A DNA stretch of 64,000 nt from a virus, in IMG/VR virus record IMGVR_UViG_3300034061_006808, positions 4,336-68,335 of that record; one strand, written 5' to 3'. The notes under the pieces were generated by a model. It ran no database searches and had not been told where the DNA came from. It worked only from the letters and a program-made list of their open reading frames with translations. Every line of letters begins with the position of its first letter. The first letter of the stretch is position 1. Made by a program: the position numbers and the translations under genes. Shown here one piece after another: positions 37,633 through 46,044 of the stretch.

Positions 37633-37657
37633 ACACCACCACACCACCAATAAACAC

Positions 37658-38050
37658 ATGATCCGCAAAACACTCGGCATCCTTGCCCTCACCCTCGCCG
37701 CCCACGGCACCCTTAGCGCCCAGCAGGCACCCCTGCTCATCACCACCTCCCCCACGCTCCCCAGCATCCGCATGGGCCAGCCCGCCAGCCTTACACTCAC
37801 CGTGCGCGGCGGCACCCCGCCCTACACATGGAGCCTCGAAAGCGGCAAGCTCGGCGGTCTCACCCTCACGCCCGCAGGCCAGATCATCGGCTACCCCAGC
37901 GCCCGCGACACCTTGACGATCAAAGCCGTCGCCGCCGACACCTCCGCCCCCACCCGCATCTCCACCGCCCGCATCTTCAAGCTCAACATCCTCCCCGCCT
38001 TGACCTCGAACTCTACCGGCAACTTCACCTCCAGTAACTCCACCAACTAA
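37658..38050 (+). CDS. Signal-peptide protein with a putative Ig (He_PIG-like) domain
   Basis: MIRKTLGILALTLAAHGTLSA signal, then LITTSPTLP..GQPASLTL..GGTPPYTWSL..G..LT..GQIIGYP. Confidence 0.75.
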   Translation: MIRKTLGILALTLAAHGTLSAQQAPLLITTSPTLPSIRMGQPASLTLTVRGGTPPYTWSLESGKLGGLTLTPAGQIIGYPSARDTLTIKAVAADTSAPTRISTARIFKLNILPALTSNSTGNFTSSNSTN

Positions 38051-38102
38051 TTTCCCACCAAGGAAAAACCAAACCACCACAACCATCAGCTAACACACCA
38101 TT

Positions 38103-39887
38103 ATGTCACTTCCAACCGACCCAATTCGCCTCAAACAACGCCACCGCCTCAACGACGGCATCAACCAACCCGGTGCCCCTCTTGAGAGCTTCACCGCTGA
38201 AATCACCGTCGATATGCCCGGCGACATCGTTTACCTCGGCTACGGCAACGACGGCGAAGGCAACGCCACCACACAAGTCCCCGTCGCAGGCGCAGGCCAC
38301 TTCGCCACCCGCGCCTACGCCGAATCCCTCGCCGGAGGCGTCCAAGACAACCTTGATACCGAAATCGCAGCCCGCGAATCGGCCATCGAAACCCTCACTG
38401 ATCGAGTCGCCAATGTCGAATCCAACATCGACCCCGCCGCGCTCGATTCGCTGACGGAAATCGTGTCAAGTTTTCAAGCCGCAGACTCAAATTTGAACGG
38501 CGCGATCACCAGCCTCGCCGCCTCTGCCTCCAGTGCGTTGGCCGCAGAGACCACAGCGCGCGAAAATGCCGACTCCGACCTTCAAGACGCCATAGATTCC
38601 GAGGCCGCCACGCGCGCCGCTGCCGACACCACGCTCACCCAGAACCTCGCCACCGAGGTCTCCGCTCGCCAGACAGCCGTCTCCGACGAATCCGCCGCCC
38701 GCGCCGCCGCCGACCTCATTTTGGAGACAGCCATCTCCGCCGAGTCCACCGCACGCGCCGAAGAGATCGCCGAGGAGGCATCCACACGCGAAGCCGCCAT
38801 CACCAGCCTCAGCGCCGATCTCGCCGATGAGGTCACCCGCGCCACCGCCGCCGAGGAAACCTTGGACGCCAAGATCGACCAAGAGATCATCGCCCGCGCC
38901 GCAGCCGTCAGCGCCGAAGCCGCAGCCCGCGAAGCCGCCGATACCGCCGAAGCAACCACCCGTGCTTCCGCCATCAGCGCCGAGGCCGCCACACGCGCCT
39001 CTGCCGATACAGCCCTGCAAAATTCCATCACCAGCGAGGCCAGCACACGCGCCGCAGCCGATGTTTCTCTTCAGACGGCCCTCACAGCCGAGGTCAACCG
39101 CGCCACCGCAGCCGAAGGCGTCATTAACACCCGCATCGACAATGTGTTGAGCAATGTGGACGGCACCGCGCTCGATTCGCTGACGGAAGTTGTAAGTGCC
39201 TTCCAAGCAGCGGATTCCAACCTCAACGGAGCCATCACCACGCTCGCTTCCAGCGCCAGCAGCGCCCTCGCCAGCGAGACAGCCGACCGCACCGCAGTAG
39301 ACACGGCCCTTCAGACCGCCATCGACTCCGAAGCCAGCACCCGCTCTTCAGCCGATGCCAGCCTCGCCGCCGACATCTCCGCCGAGACCGCCGCGCGCTC
39401 CACAGCCGTAGCCGCCGTCGTCGCGGATCTCGCCACCGAGACAGCCACCCGCGCCAGCGCCATCAGCGCCGTCGAGGCCAGCATCTCTAGCGAAGCCAGC
39501 ACCCGCGCCAGCGCCATTTCCGCCTTGGAATCCAGCCTCTCCAGCGAGACCTCGGCACGCGAAAATGCCGATAGCGATCTCTCCGATCGCCTCGACACCG
39601 CCGAGAGCACCCTCACCGACCATGGCACACGGCTCACCAGCGCCGAGCAGACCATCGCCGGACTCGGCACCCTCAGCACGCAGGATGCCGATGATGTCGC
39701 GATCACTGGCGGCACAGCCGTCCTCGAATCCCTCGAAGTCGGCCAAGCCAACGCCGCTGCGAACTCCACCGCCACCATCGCAGCCGATGGCAGCGCCTCG
39801 TTCACGAACCTCACCCTCTCCGGCAACCTCACCGGCTCCGGCACCTCCGTGCTCACCGGCTTCGTCATCGGAGGACAAACCTACTGA
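38103..39887 (+). CDS. Long coiled-coil fibre protein
   Basis: Ala/Thr/Ser-rich E..AR..AD repeats; ALDSLTE.VS.FQAADSNLNGAIT duplicated (38439 and 39168); C-terminal GGQTY. Confidence 0.8.
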   Translation: MSLPTDPIRLKQRHRLNDGINQPGAPLESFTAEITVDMPGDIVYLGYGNDGEGNATTQVPVAGAGHFATRAYAESLAGGVQDNLDTEIAARESAIETLTDRVANVESNIDPAALDSLTEIVSSFQAADSNLNGAITSLAASASSALAAETTARENADSDLQDAIDSEAATRAAADTTLTQNLATEVSARQTAVSDESAARAAADLILETAISAESTARAEEIAEEASTREAAITSLSADLADEVTRATAAEETLDAKIDQEIIARAAAVSAEAAAREAADTAEATTRASAISAEAATRASADTALQNSITSEASTRAAADVSLQTALTAEVNRATAAEGVINTRIDNVLSNVDGTALDSLTEVVSAFQAADSNLNGAITTLASSASSALASETADRTAVDTALQTAIDSEASTRSSADASLAADISAETAARSTAVAAVVADLATETATRASAISAVEASISSEASTRASAISALESSLSSETSARENADSDLSDRLDTAESTLTDHGTRLTSAEQTIAGLGTLSTQDADDVAITGGTAVLESLEVGQANAAANSTATIAADGSASFTNLTLSGNLTGSGTSVLTGFVIGGQTY

Positions 39888-39904
39888 GAAATCCAAACCG
39901 CCAC

Positions 39905-39930
39905 GGGGGATCGGAAAAACCCGGTCCCCC
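39905..39930 (+). terminator. GC-rich hairpin after the fibre gene (no U-tract)
   Basis: GGGGGATCGG-AAAAAC-CCGGTCCCCC, a 10-bp stem with one G:U pair. Confidence 0.5.
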
Positions 39931-39946
39931 AGGCACCACAAAAAAC

Positions 39947-39978
39947 CTTAAAACTTAATACTTAAAACTTAATACTTA
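39947..39978 (+). repeat. Heptamer tandem repeat (CTTAAAA CTTAATA)x2 plus CTTA
   Basis: Directly seen; ends 2 nt before ATG 39981. Confidence 0.85.
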
Positions 39979-39980
39979 CT

Positions 39981-40688
39981 ATGCCAAACTACATCAAACT
40001 CGGAAACCTCCGCATCGAAATCCCTGAACCCGCCAACAATGGAGGTGGCGGCGGCGGTGGCGGTGCGGGCCTTCTTAACGGCCTCCTCGCATTCTACAAC
40101 CTCAGCGACCTTACCGACGCTTCTGGAAATGGGAACACTCTGACCAATACCAACGGAGTGACTTTCTCTTCTGGAAAGATTGGGAATGCTGCGACTTTTG
40201 GCGGAAGTAACGGGTTGACAAAATCGGTTGCCTCCATGCTCATGCCAAAAACAATATCCGCTTGGGCGAAGCTTTATTCAGATGGCGGATTTAGGGGAAT
40301 TGTTTTGCCTGGAAATACTACTTCTTGGCAATTTGGTTTTCAACTTACGCCAGGCAATAATCTTCGTGCAGGCGCGGAAGGTTATTCCGGATCTCAATAT
40401 GCAATCGCCTCATCTCCTATGTCCAATGACATTTGGTATCATTTGGTGATGACTAACGACAGTGATTTAACTAAATTATACATTAACGGTGCTTTAAATT
40501 CTCAACAAGAGTCTAGTTTTCCGCAAGGAACTCAAGAAATCGCTCTATCTATTGGTTCGCACTGGTATGGAGCCGACGGAATAAACGGTCAGGTGGATGC
40601 TGTAGGTTTCTGGTCCCGCGCCATTACTGACGCCGAAATCTCCGAACTCTACAACGCCGGAGCAGGCAAAGAGCATCCGTTCGCGTAA
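39981..40688 (+). CDS. LamG/concanavalin-A-like domain protein (putative receptor-binding/decoration)
   Basis: GLLAFYNL..DASGNGNTL..GKIGNA; TISAWAK; WYHLVMT..KLYING; NGQVDAVGFWSRAITDAEISELYN. Confidence 0.85.
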   Translation: MPNYIKLGNLRIEIPEPANNGGGGGGGGAGLLNGLLAFYNLSDLTDASGNGNTLTNTNGVTFSSGKIGNAATFGGSNGLTKSVASMLMPKTISAWAKLYSDGGFRGIVLPGNTTSWQFGFQLTPGNNLRAGAEGYSGSQYAIASSPMSNDIWYHLVMTNDSDLTKLYINGALNSQQESSFPQGTQEIALSIGSHWYGADGINGQVDAVGFWSRAITDAEISELYNAGAGKEHPFA

Positions 40689-40915
40689 TGGACCTCGGGC
40701 ACATACTGCCCCTCACCAGTGCCGTCGCCGGGAGAACCCCGGCGGCGGACGCCTGGCATGAGAAAGAAATGGCGGTAAACACCGCCGACGGCCTCATTTT
40801 CCAAAAAATCGACGGCCAACCCCTCGTCATCTCCCGCCTTATCCCCGCCCCGCCACTCATCGGCACCCACACCCTCAAAGCCATAGAAGGAGTCATGCAA
40901 TGGGTCGCCGACTAA
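40688..40915 (+). CDS. Small fibre-anchor-like protein
   Basis: GRTP....EKEMAVNTADGLIF resembles the fibre N-terminal anchor motif (GELAxNTxDGxLF). Confidence 0.6.
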   Translation: MDLGHILPLTSAVAGRTPAADAWHEKEMAVNTADGLIFQKIDGQPLVISRLIPAPPLIGTHTLKAIEGVMQWVAD

Positions 40916-41286
40916 TTCTCCCACTCCTCGCCGCAGCCGCCCTCCTCGCCGCCTGCGCCCCCCGCAACCCTGAGGCATGGATGGCCTTTGAAAAGAACGC
41001 CTGCCTCCCCACCGCCATCGCCATGCAGCGGGGACTGGAGCGCCAAAACATCCAGGCCAAGGTCGTCACCTACAACTACCCGAACCCCGAGACCGGACGC
41101 CTCACCGGCCATGCCATCACCGCCTATTTGTTCCCCCAAGGACAAAACCAACTCTGGACCTACGACTTCATGGGCAGCTACCGCACCCGCGCCTTCTGGC
41201 ACGACGCCCACGGCATCGCCCAGCAAGCCGAAAACCTCCGAGGCCGACCACACCACCGCATCTTCCAAGCCCAATTCGAACAATGA
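40900..41286 (+). CDS. Putative lipoprotein with a Cys-His-Asp (papain/transglutaminase-like) motif set
   Basis: Lipobox LAAC; NAC, GHA and WTYD motifs. Confidence 0.65.
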   Translation: MGRRLILPLLAAAALLAACAPRNPEAWMAFEKNACLPTAIAMQRGLERQNIQAKVVTYNYPNPETGRLTGHAITAYLFPQGQNQLWTYDFMGSYRTRAFWHDAHGIAQQAENLRGRPHHRIFQAQFEQ

Positions 41287-41588
41287 CACCCGACTCCGCC
41301 CTCAACCTCGTCAACCACGCCGCCCAGCAAAGCGCCACCTGGCACCTCGTAGCTTTGGTGGTCATTGGAATCTTCTTCGTCATCGCCATTTTCAAGTGGT
41401 TCACCCGCCGCATGGAACTCCTCGAAGGCAAAATGGACACGCAAAGCAGCGAATTCATCAGCCACCTCAAAACCGCAAACAGGGAGATGCTCGAAGTCAT
41501 CCACGCCAACCAGCAGACAACGAACCGCGCCATCGCCGTCATGGATCGCCTCGAACACAAGTTGGACACCTACAAACACACACCATGA
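41283..41588 (+). CDS. Single-TM membrane protein (holin-like)
   Basis: TM segment LVALVVIGIFFVIAIF, then coiled coil; lies in the lysis block. Confidence 0.7.
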   Translation: MTPDSALNLVNHAAQQSATWHLVALVVIGIFFVIAIFKWFTRRMELLEGKMDTQSSEFISHLKTANREMLEVIHANQQTTNRAIAVMDRLEHKLDTYKHTP

Positions 41589-41878
41589 AAAATACCCTTC
41601 TAAAAATCCTCATCCGTCTCACCGGAGCGAGCAAGCAACTCCTCGAACTCATCCTCCCCATCCTCCGCGACAGCGGCGCGCAACTTCTCGCCAGCCTCGC
41701 GCCCCTCGCCGTGGAAGTCGTGAAAAGCCTCGCCGACTCCCCACATTCAGGCGCACAAAAACGCGAAGCCGCCCTGGCTGAAATCCAAGCGAGAGCCGTC
41801 AGCGCAGGCATCAAGGCCAGCGCCAGCGCCGTCAACCTCGCCATCGAGTTGGCCGTCGCCAACCTCAAAAACAAATGA
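41585..41878 (+). CDS. Holin-associated protein (LL-H-like C-terminus)
   Basis: SGAQKREAA....AVNLAIELAV motif; ATGA start. Confidence 0.65.
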   Translation: MKNTLLKILIRLTGASKQLLELILPILRDSGAQLLASLAPLAVEVVKSLADSPHSGAQKREAALAEIQARAVSAGIKASASAVNLAIELAVANLKNK

Positions 41879-42102
41879 TTCTGCAAATCGTCGGCGGAAT
41901 CGTGCGGACCGTGTTGGCGGCCTACGGCGGAAAACTCGTAGAGAGCGGGCTAATCACCAGCGATCAACTCTCTCAAGGCATCGGCGCGGTAGTCGTGCTC
42001 CTCACTCTCCTATGGAGCGTCTGGCAAAAACGCCGCGCAGCCACCACCCCAGGCGGAGCATTCAACCCCCACGCCGAAGTGCGGAAAGCCAAACGCCCAT
42101 GA
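41875..42102 (+). CDS. Putative 2-TM holin
   Basis: GIVRTVLAAYGGKLV..G......GAVVVLLTLLWSVWQKR. Confidence 0.75.
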   Translation: MILQIVGGIVRTVLAAYGGKLVESGLITSDQLSQGIGAVVVLLTLLWSVWQKRRAATTPGGAFNPHAEVRKAKRP

Positions 42103-42344
42103 CGCCCGCAAAACTCACCGCCGCGCTTTTGCTCGCCATCTACCTCGGCGCGGGCGCGTGTTTTGCCGTCGATCGTTTTGCCGACCTCAACAAAACGATC
42201 CCGCCTCCAGGCCAGCCTACCCCGCTCGCCAAATGGGCCAAACCCGTCGAACGCGACGACCCGAGGCCGTTCCTCATCCGCCTCCTCTTGAGCCTGCGAT
42301 ACGATTTTTATCACAAAGACATCCGAGGCGGCGCTGAATTCTAA
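42099..42344 (+). CDS. Small signal/TM protein in the lysis cassette
   Basis: ATGA start; hydrophobic N-terminus; ends IRGGAEF. Confidence 0.6.
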   Translation: MTPAKLTAALLLAIYLGAGACFAVDRFADLNKTIPPPGQPTPLAKWAKPVERDDPRPFLIRLLLSLRYDFYHKDIRGGAEF

Positions 42345-42346
42345 CC

Positions 42347-42430
42347 ATGCCCAACCCCACCCACGCTCTCGCCCTCCTCGTCGCCTTGAGCGGCATTTTC
42401 CTATGGTTGGCCTTTTGGTTTAGCCCATGA
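42347..42430 (+). CDS. 27-aa transmembrane peptide
   Basis: MPNPTHALALLVALSGIFLWLAFWFSP*; exactly fills the gap and is ATGA-coupled to the endolysin. Confidence 0.55.
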   Translation: MPNPTHALALLVALSGIFLWLAFWFSP

Positions 42431-43005
42431 GCACCCGCACCAGCACCCCCGAAGACCGCCGCGCCATGATGGATTTCATCATCTCCGCCGAAGCCCGCCG
42501 CGACAAAATGGGCCGCCTGCGCGTCTATCGCCTCCCCGCCGCCGATGGAGGCGGCACCTACGAAGTCGCCGGAATCAACGACCGCTACCACCCCGTCGCC
42601 GCCGCCAAACTCCGCGACCTCCTCGCCGCCAACCGCCAAGGCCACGCCGAAAATTTCATCCGCGACTATTTATTGGACTACACCGCCATCGTTACCCGCT
42701 GGACCACGCACCCCGCCATCGAGGCGTTCTTGAGAGACAGCGCCTTCAACCGAGGCCCGAAGGGCGCATTGAGAATTTTGCAACTCGCCTTGAAAGTCCC
42801 CGACGACGGCAAATGGGGACCAAAAACCAAAGCCTCCCTCACCGCCGCCCTCAAGCACCCCGGCACCCTCCTCCAAAATCTCCGCACCGCCCGCGAAAGC
42901 TACGAAATCCGCATCGCCCCGCCCGTCGGCGCAAGAGCCAAATTCTGGCCCGGCCTCGTCAACCGCTGGGACAAAGCCCTCTCATTTTCCGAAACACTCC
43001 TATGA
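42427..43005 (+). CDS. Endolysin (GH108-like lysozyme with a peptidoglycan-binding element)
   Basis: EA..D.GG..EVAGI; DSAFNRG..GALRILQLAL.V.DDGKWGPKT; KFWPGLVNRW. Confidence 0.85.
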   Translation: MSTRTSTPEDRRAMMDFIISAEARRDKMGRLRVYRLPAADGGGTYEVAGINDRYHPVAAAKLRDLLAANRQGHAENFIRDYLLDYTAIVTRWTTHPAIEAFLRDSAFNRGPKGALRILQLALKVPDDGKWGPKTKASLTAALKHPGTLLQNLRTARESYEIRIAPPVGARAKFWPGLVNRWDKALSFSETLL

Positions 43006-44009
43006 AAACCACCTGGTCTCAAATCGCTCGCGATCAAAACGAGAAGGCCCACAAGGCCGAAACCGACGCGCTCAAAGCGCAATTGGCCAAATACGCCACC
43101 GAAGTGGCCGACTTGGAAAAACAACTTGGCATCTCGCTTTCCTTGGGCCGCACAAAGATCAAGACCCGCGCCTTGGAGATCAGCCCCGCCGAGAAGAGCG
43201 AAGCCGTGGCCATCGCCTTGGCAAGCGATTGGCATGTGGAGGAAACCGTCACCGCCGAAAGCACGAATGGCCTCAACGAATTCAACCTCGCCATTGCCAA
43301 AAACCGGATCGAGAAATTCTTCCAAGCTATCGTGCGCTTGACGGAAATCGAACGCCACGGCGCGCGAATTGATGATTTAATTCTATGGCTTGGAGGAGAT
43401 TTGATGACCGGCATGATCCATGAAGAGCTTGCCGAGACAAACAGCAAAACGCCCACCGAGACGCTCCTCTGGCTTCAAGAGCGCCTGCTCGCGGGCCTCG
43501 CCCTGCTCAAGCCACACTTCAAGCGCATCTTGATTCCAACAAGTTACGGCAACCATGGCCGCACAACAAAGCTCCCGCGCCACGCCACCGGCGCGAAGCA
43601 CAGCTACGAATGGCTGCTCTACAAAATCCTCGAAGGACGCCTCGCCGGAGACCAGCAATACGAATTCCAGATCGCCGACCAGTATTTCAATTTCATGCAA
43701 GTCTATGGCCGCACGATTCGGATGCACCACGGCGACGGATTGAAATACCAAGGAGGCATTGGCGGCCTCACCGTGCCGGTGGAAAAAGCATTGGCCAGTT
43801 GGAACAAGTCGCCCAACCGCGCAGACCTCGATCTTTTCGGCCATTGGCATCAATACCAGCAGTCAAGAACATGGCTATGCAATTCATCTTTAATAGGTTA
43901 CAACGCATATGCCTTGAGCATCAAGGCGAGTTTCGAGCCGCCAGCCCAGACATTCTTTCTCCTCGATAAAAAGCGCGGACGCACCATGACATCACCCATA
44001 CTGCTATGA
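43002..44009 (+). CDS. Calcineurin-like metallophosphoesterase
   Basis: SDWH, GGDL, GNHG, HHGD and GHWH metal-binding motifs. Confidence 0.9.
   Translation: MKTTWSQIARDQNEKAHKAETDALKAQLAKYATEVADLEKQLGISLSLGRTKIKTRALEISPAEKSEAVAIALASDWHVEETVTAESTNGLNEFNLAIAKNRIEKFFQAIVRLTEIERHGARIDDLILWLGGDLMTGMIHEELAETNSKTPTETLLWLQERLLAGLALLKPHFKRILIPTSYGNHGRTTKLPRHATGAKHSYEWLLYKILEGRLAGDQQYEFQIADQYFNFMQVYGRTIRMHHGDGLKYQGGIGGLTVPVEKALASWNKSPNRADLDLFGHWHQYQQSRTWLCNSSLIGYNAYALSIKASFEPPAQTFFLLDKKRGRTMTSPILL
43429..43447 (+). promoter_or_regulatory. Intragenic operator-like motif copy (TTGCCGAGACAAACAGCAA)
   Basis: Exact left half and core; terminal GCAA. Confidence 0.5.
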
Positions 44010-44416
44010 ACTGGAAAAAAACCGTAGATCACCTCAACGCCAAACACTACGCCTTCCCCTCCGGCTGGGACGACCGCGAGACCATCGCCGCCCAACTGGA
44101 ATGCTCGCCCGATCGCGTGGATACGCTCCTCGCCCCGGGCCTCAAAAGCGGGGAGATCGAAAAAGCCCAGCATCCCGTGTGGGATCAGCGCCTTCAACGC
44201 AAGGTGCTGGTGTGGGGCTACCGCTCGCGTCCGCAAAACGCCCCCGCCGCCAAGCCCGCTCCCGGCAAAGCGCCCGATAGCGAGAGCGAAAGCGCCGTGC
44301 GCGCCATGGCCCGCCGCCATCCCCACCTCACGCCCAGCCGGTTGCGCGAATACCTGCCCAAGCGCCTGCGCTCCTCGCTCACCAAGGAATCCATCGCCGC
44401 CATCCTCGGCAAGTAG
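44006..44416 (+). CDS. Hypothetical protein, possibly HTH-containing
   Basis: ATGA-coupled; RETIAAQLECSPDRVDTLL. Confidence 0.65.
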   Translation: MNWKKTVDHLNAKHYAFPSGWDDRETIAAQLECSPDRVDTLLAPGLKSGEIEKAQHPVWDQRLQRKVLVWGYRSRPQNAPAAKPAPGKAPDSESESAVRAMARRHPHLTPSRLREYLPKRLRSSLTKESIAAILGK

Positions 44417-44420
44417 CGCC

Positions 44421-44684
44421 ATGCCGCGCCGCGCAAAAACCGGCGTCACGATCCGCTACCGCAAGCTCGGCAAAGAGCGTGCAAAGGGCCAATACATTGA
44501 GGACGAAGCGTTGATCGAAATCGACTCCCGCCTCACCGGGCGCGAGCATTTGGAAATCCTCATCCACGAAGCCCTCCACGCCCTCCAGCCCCACCATGAG
44601 GAAGAGACCGTGGCGCGCGATGCCGCGAACCTCGCCCGCATCCTCTGGGCCGATGGCTACCGCAAGGTCGATTTTGTAAAATAG
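44421..44684 (+). CDS. Small zincin-like (HExxH) protein
   Basis: IEIDSRL....LEILIHEALHA.....EE.V. Confidence 0.8.
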   Translation: MPRRAKTGVTIRYRKLGKERAKGQYIEDEALIEIDSRLTGREHLEILIHEALHALQPHHEEETVARDAANLARILWADGYRKVDFVK

Positions 44685-44704
44685 CAAATTGGAGGAAAAA
44701 TGTA

Positions 44705-44723
44705 TTGCCGAAACATTAGACAA
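44705..44723 (+). promoter_or_regulatory. Operator-like motif copy (TTGCCGAAACATTAGACAA)
   Basis: Intergenic, before the scaffold gene; one core mismatch. Confidence 0.75.
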
Positions 44724-44754
44724 TACTTGCGAATAGGAAAAGGTTTGCCCCGAC

Positions 44755-45933
44755 ATGCAAACCACCACCGACTCGTTCAGCAATGTGGATACCGCCACGC
44801 TGGAAGCCGCTCTCGAAGCAGCCTCCTCCGGCGTCGCGATTGATCCCGCTCCTGCCGCCCCGCAGGCTGAGGCCGAACCCCAGCCCGCGAGTCCGGAAAT
44901 TGAAACCACCGCCACCGAAGCGCCCGAAGCCTCCGAAGAGGTCGAATCCGCCGAAGAGGAATCATCCGCCGACTCCGAAGACTCGGAGACGGAAAACCCC
45001 GAAGACTCCTACGAGGAGAGCGAAGAGGAAGTCGAGGAGCCACAGCCCTACGATCCCCGCGCCGATTGGCAGGACTACGAGCGCCTAGCCGCCGAGATCC
45101 GCGAGCGCAATCCCGACATCCTTCTCGATACCGCGCTGGCCATGGCCAAGGTGCGCCTGGGCTACGAAGACCCCAGCGCCTCTTACCAAGAGCCGGAGGC
45201 AGAAATGGAGGAGGGCGATCCCGAGCCCACCACCGCCGAGAAGATCGCCGCTCTGGAAGCCGCCCTTGAAGAGGAGGGAGCCAACGAAGGCCTCTTCACT
45301 CCCAAGGTGGCCGAGCTTACCAAAGAGCACGCCCGCATGCTGGCCCAGCACGCCGTCGAGCAGGCCGAGCAAAGAATTTACCAGCAGCGCGAAAACGACA
45401 TCGCCGCCAACCAAGCCGCCAACCACCGCGAGCAACTCCTCACCGGCATGGCCGAAAGCCGCGCCCGCGTGTTGGAAATCTGCCCCGATGCGGGCGATGC
45501 CACCACGCCGATCGGGCGCGCGATGACTCAGGTGATCGAGAATTACCAGTCGCGCAACCATCCCGACCTTTCGGAGCCGAATGCTCCCGAGATCATTTTC
45601 GCAAGAGCGAACATGCTTTTGCCCCCCGAGGCCCGCGTGCCCGTGACTCCATTCAAGGAGTCGCCCAAGCCGCAACCCAAACCGGCCCCCAAGGCAAAAA
45701 CCCACCCAGTCCCAATGAAGAGCGAAGCGCCTCCGCTTCCGACTGCACCGCCCGTTCCCACGATGCGAGTGCTGCCGGTGGCGGCGGGCGCAGGGACCGC
45801 ACAACCCGACATGTCCAACCTCAACCCGGCTCAAATGAGCCAATTGGTCCGAGAGGCTTCCCCGGAAGACCTCGATGCCATTGAGGCAGCCCTTTACGGC
45901 ATGTCAGGACGCGATGTCCTGCTCCGTATCTGA
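44755..45933 (+). CDS. Capsid scaffolding protein
   Basis: Very acidic N-terminus, helical middle and Pro-rich C-terminus; directly upstream of the capsid gene. Confidence 0.75.
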   Translation: MQTTTDSFSNVDTATLEAALEAASSGVAIDPAPAAPQAEAEPQPASPEIETTATEAPEASEEVESAEEESSADSEDSETENPEDSYEESEEEVEEPQPYDPRADWQDYERLAAEIRERNPDILLDTALAMAKVRLGYEDPSASYQEPEAEMEEGDPEPTTAEKIAALEAALEEEGANEGLFTPKVAELTKEHARMLAQHAVEQAEQRIYQQRENDIAANQAANHREQLLTGMAESRARVLEICPDAGDATTPIGRAMTQVIENYQSRNHPDLSEPNAPEIIFARANMLLPPEARVPVTPFKESPKPQPKPAPKAKTHPVPMKSEAPPLPTAPPVPTMRVLPVAAGAGTAQPDMSNLNPAQMSQLVREASPEDLDAIEAALYGMSGRDVLLRI

Positions 45934-45996
45934 GTTTTCCCTTTGGCGTCGAATTCCGCCCAGCCAACCGGCCAAACACAAAACACCAACCCGGTC

Positions 45997-46015
45997 TTGC
46001 CGAGACAATCGGCAA
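45997..46015 (+). promoter_or_regulatory. Perfectly palindromic operator copy (TTGCCGA-GACAA-TCGGCAA) upstream of the capsid gene
   Basis: 7-bp perfect inverted repeat; intergenic. Confidence 0.85.
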
Positions 46016-46044
46016 TTTTTTGACCACAACACCACACAAACAAA

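Noticed and set aside
38439-39260. Fibre internal duplication as a diversity-generating retroelement TR/VR pair
   Set aside because: Differences are mostly synonymous rather than adenine-specific, and no reverse transcriptase is present in the window.
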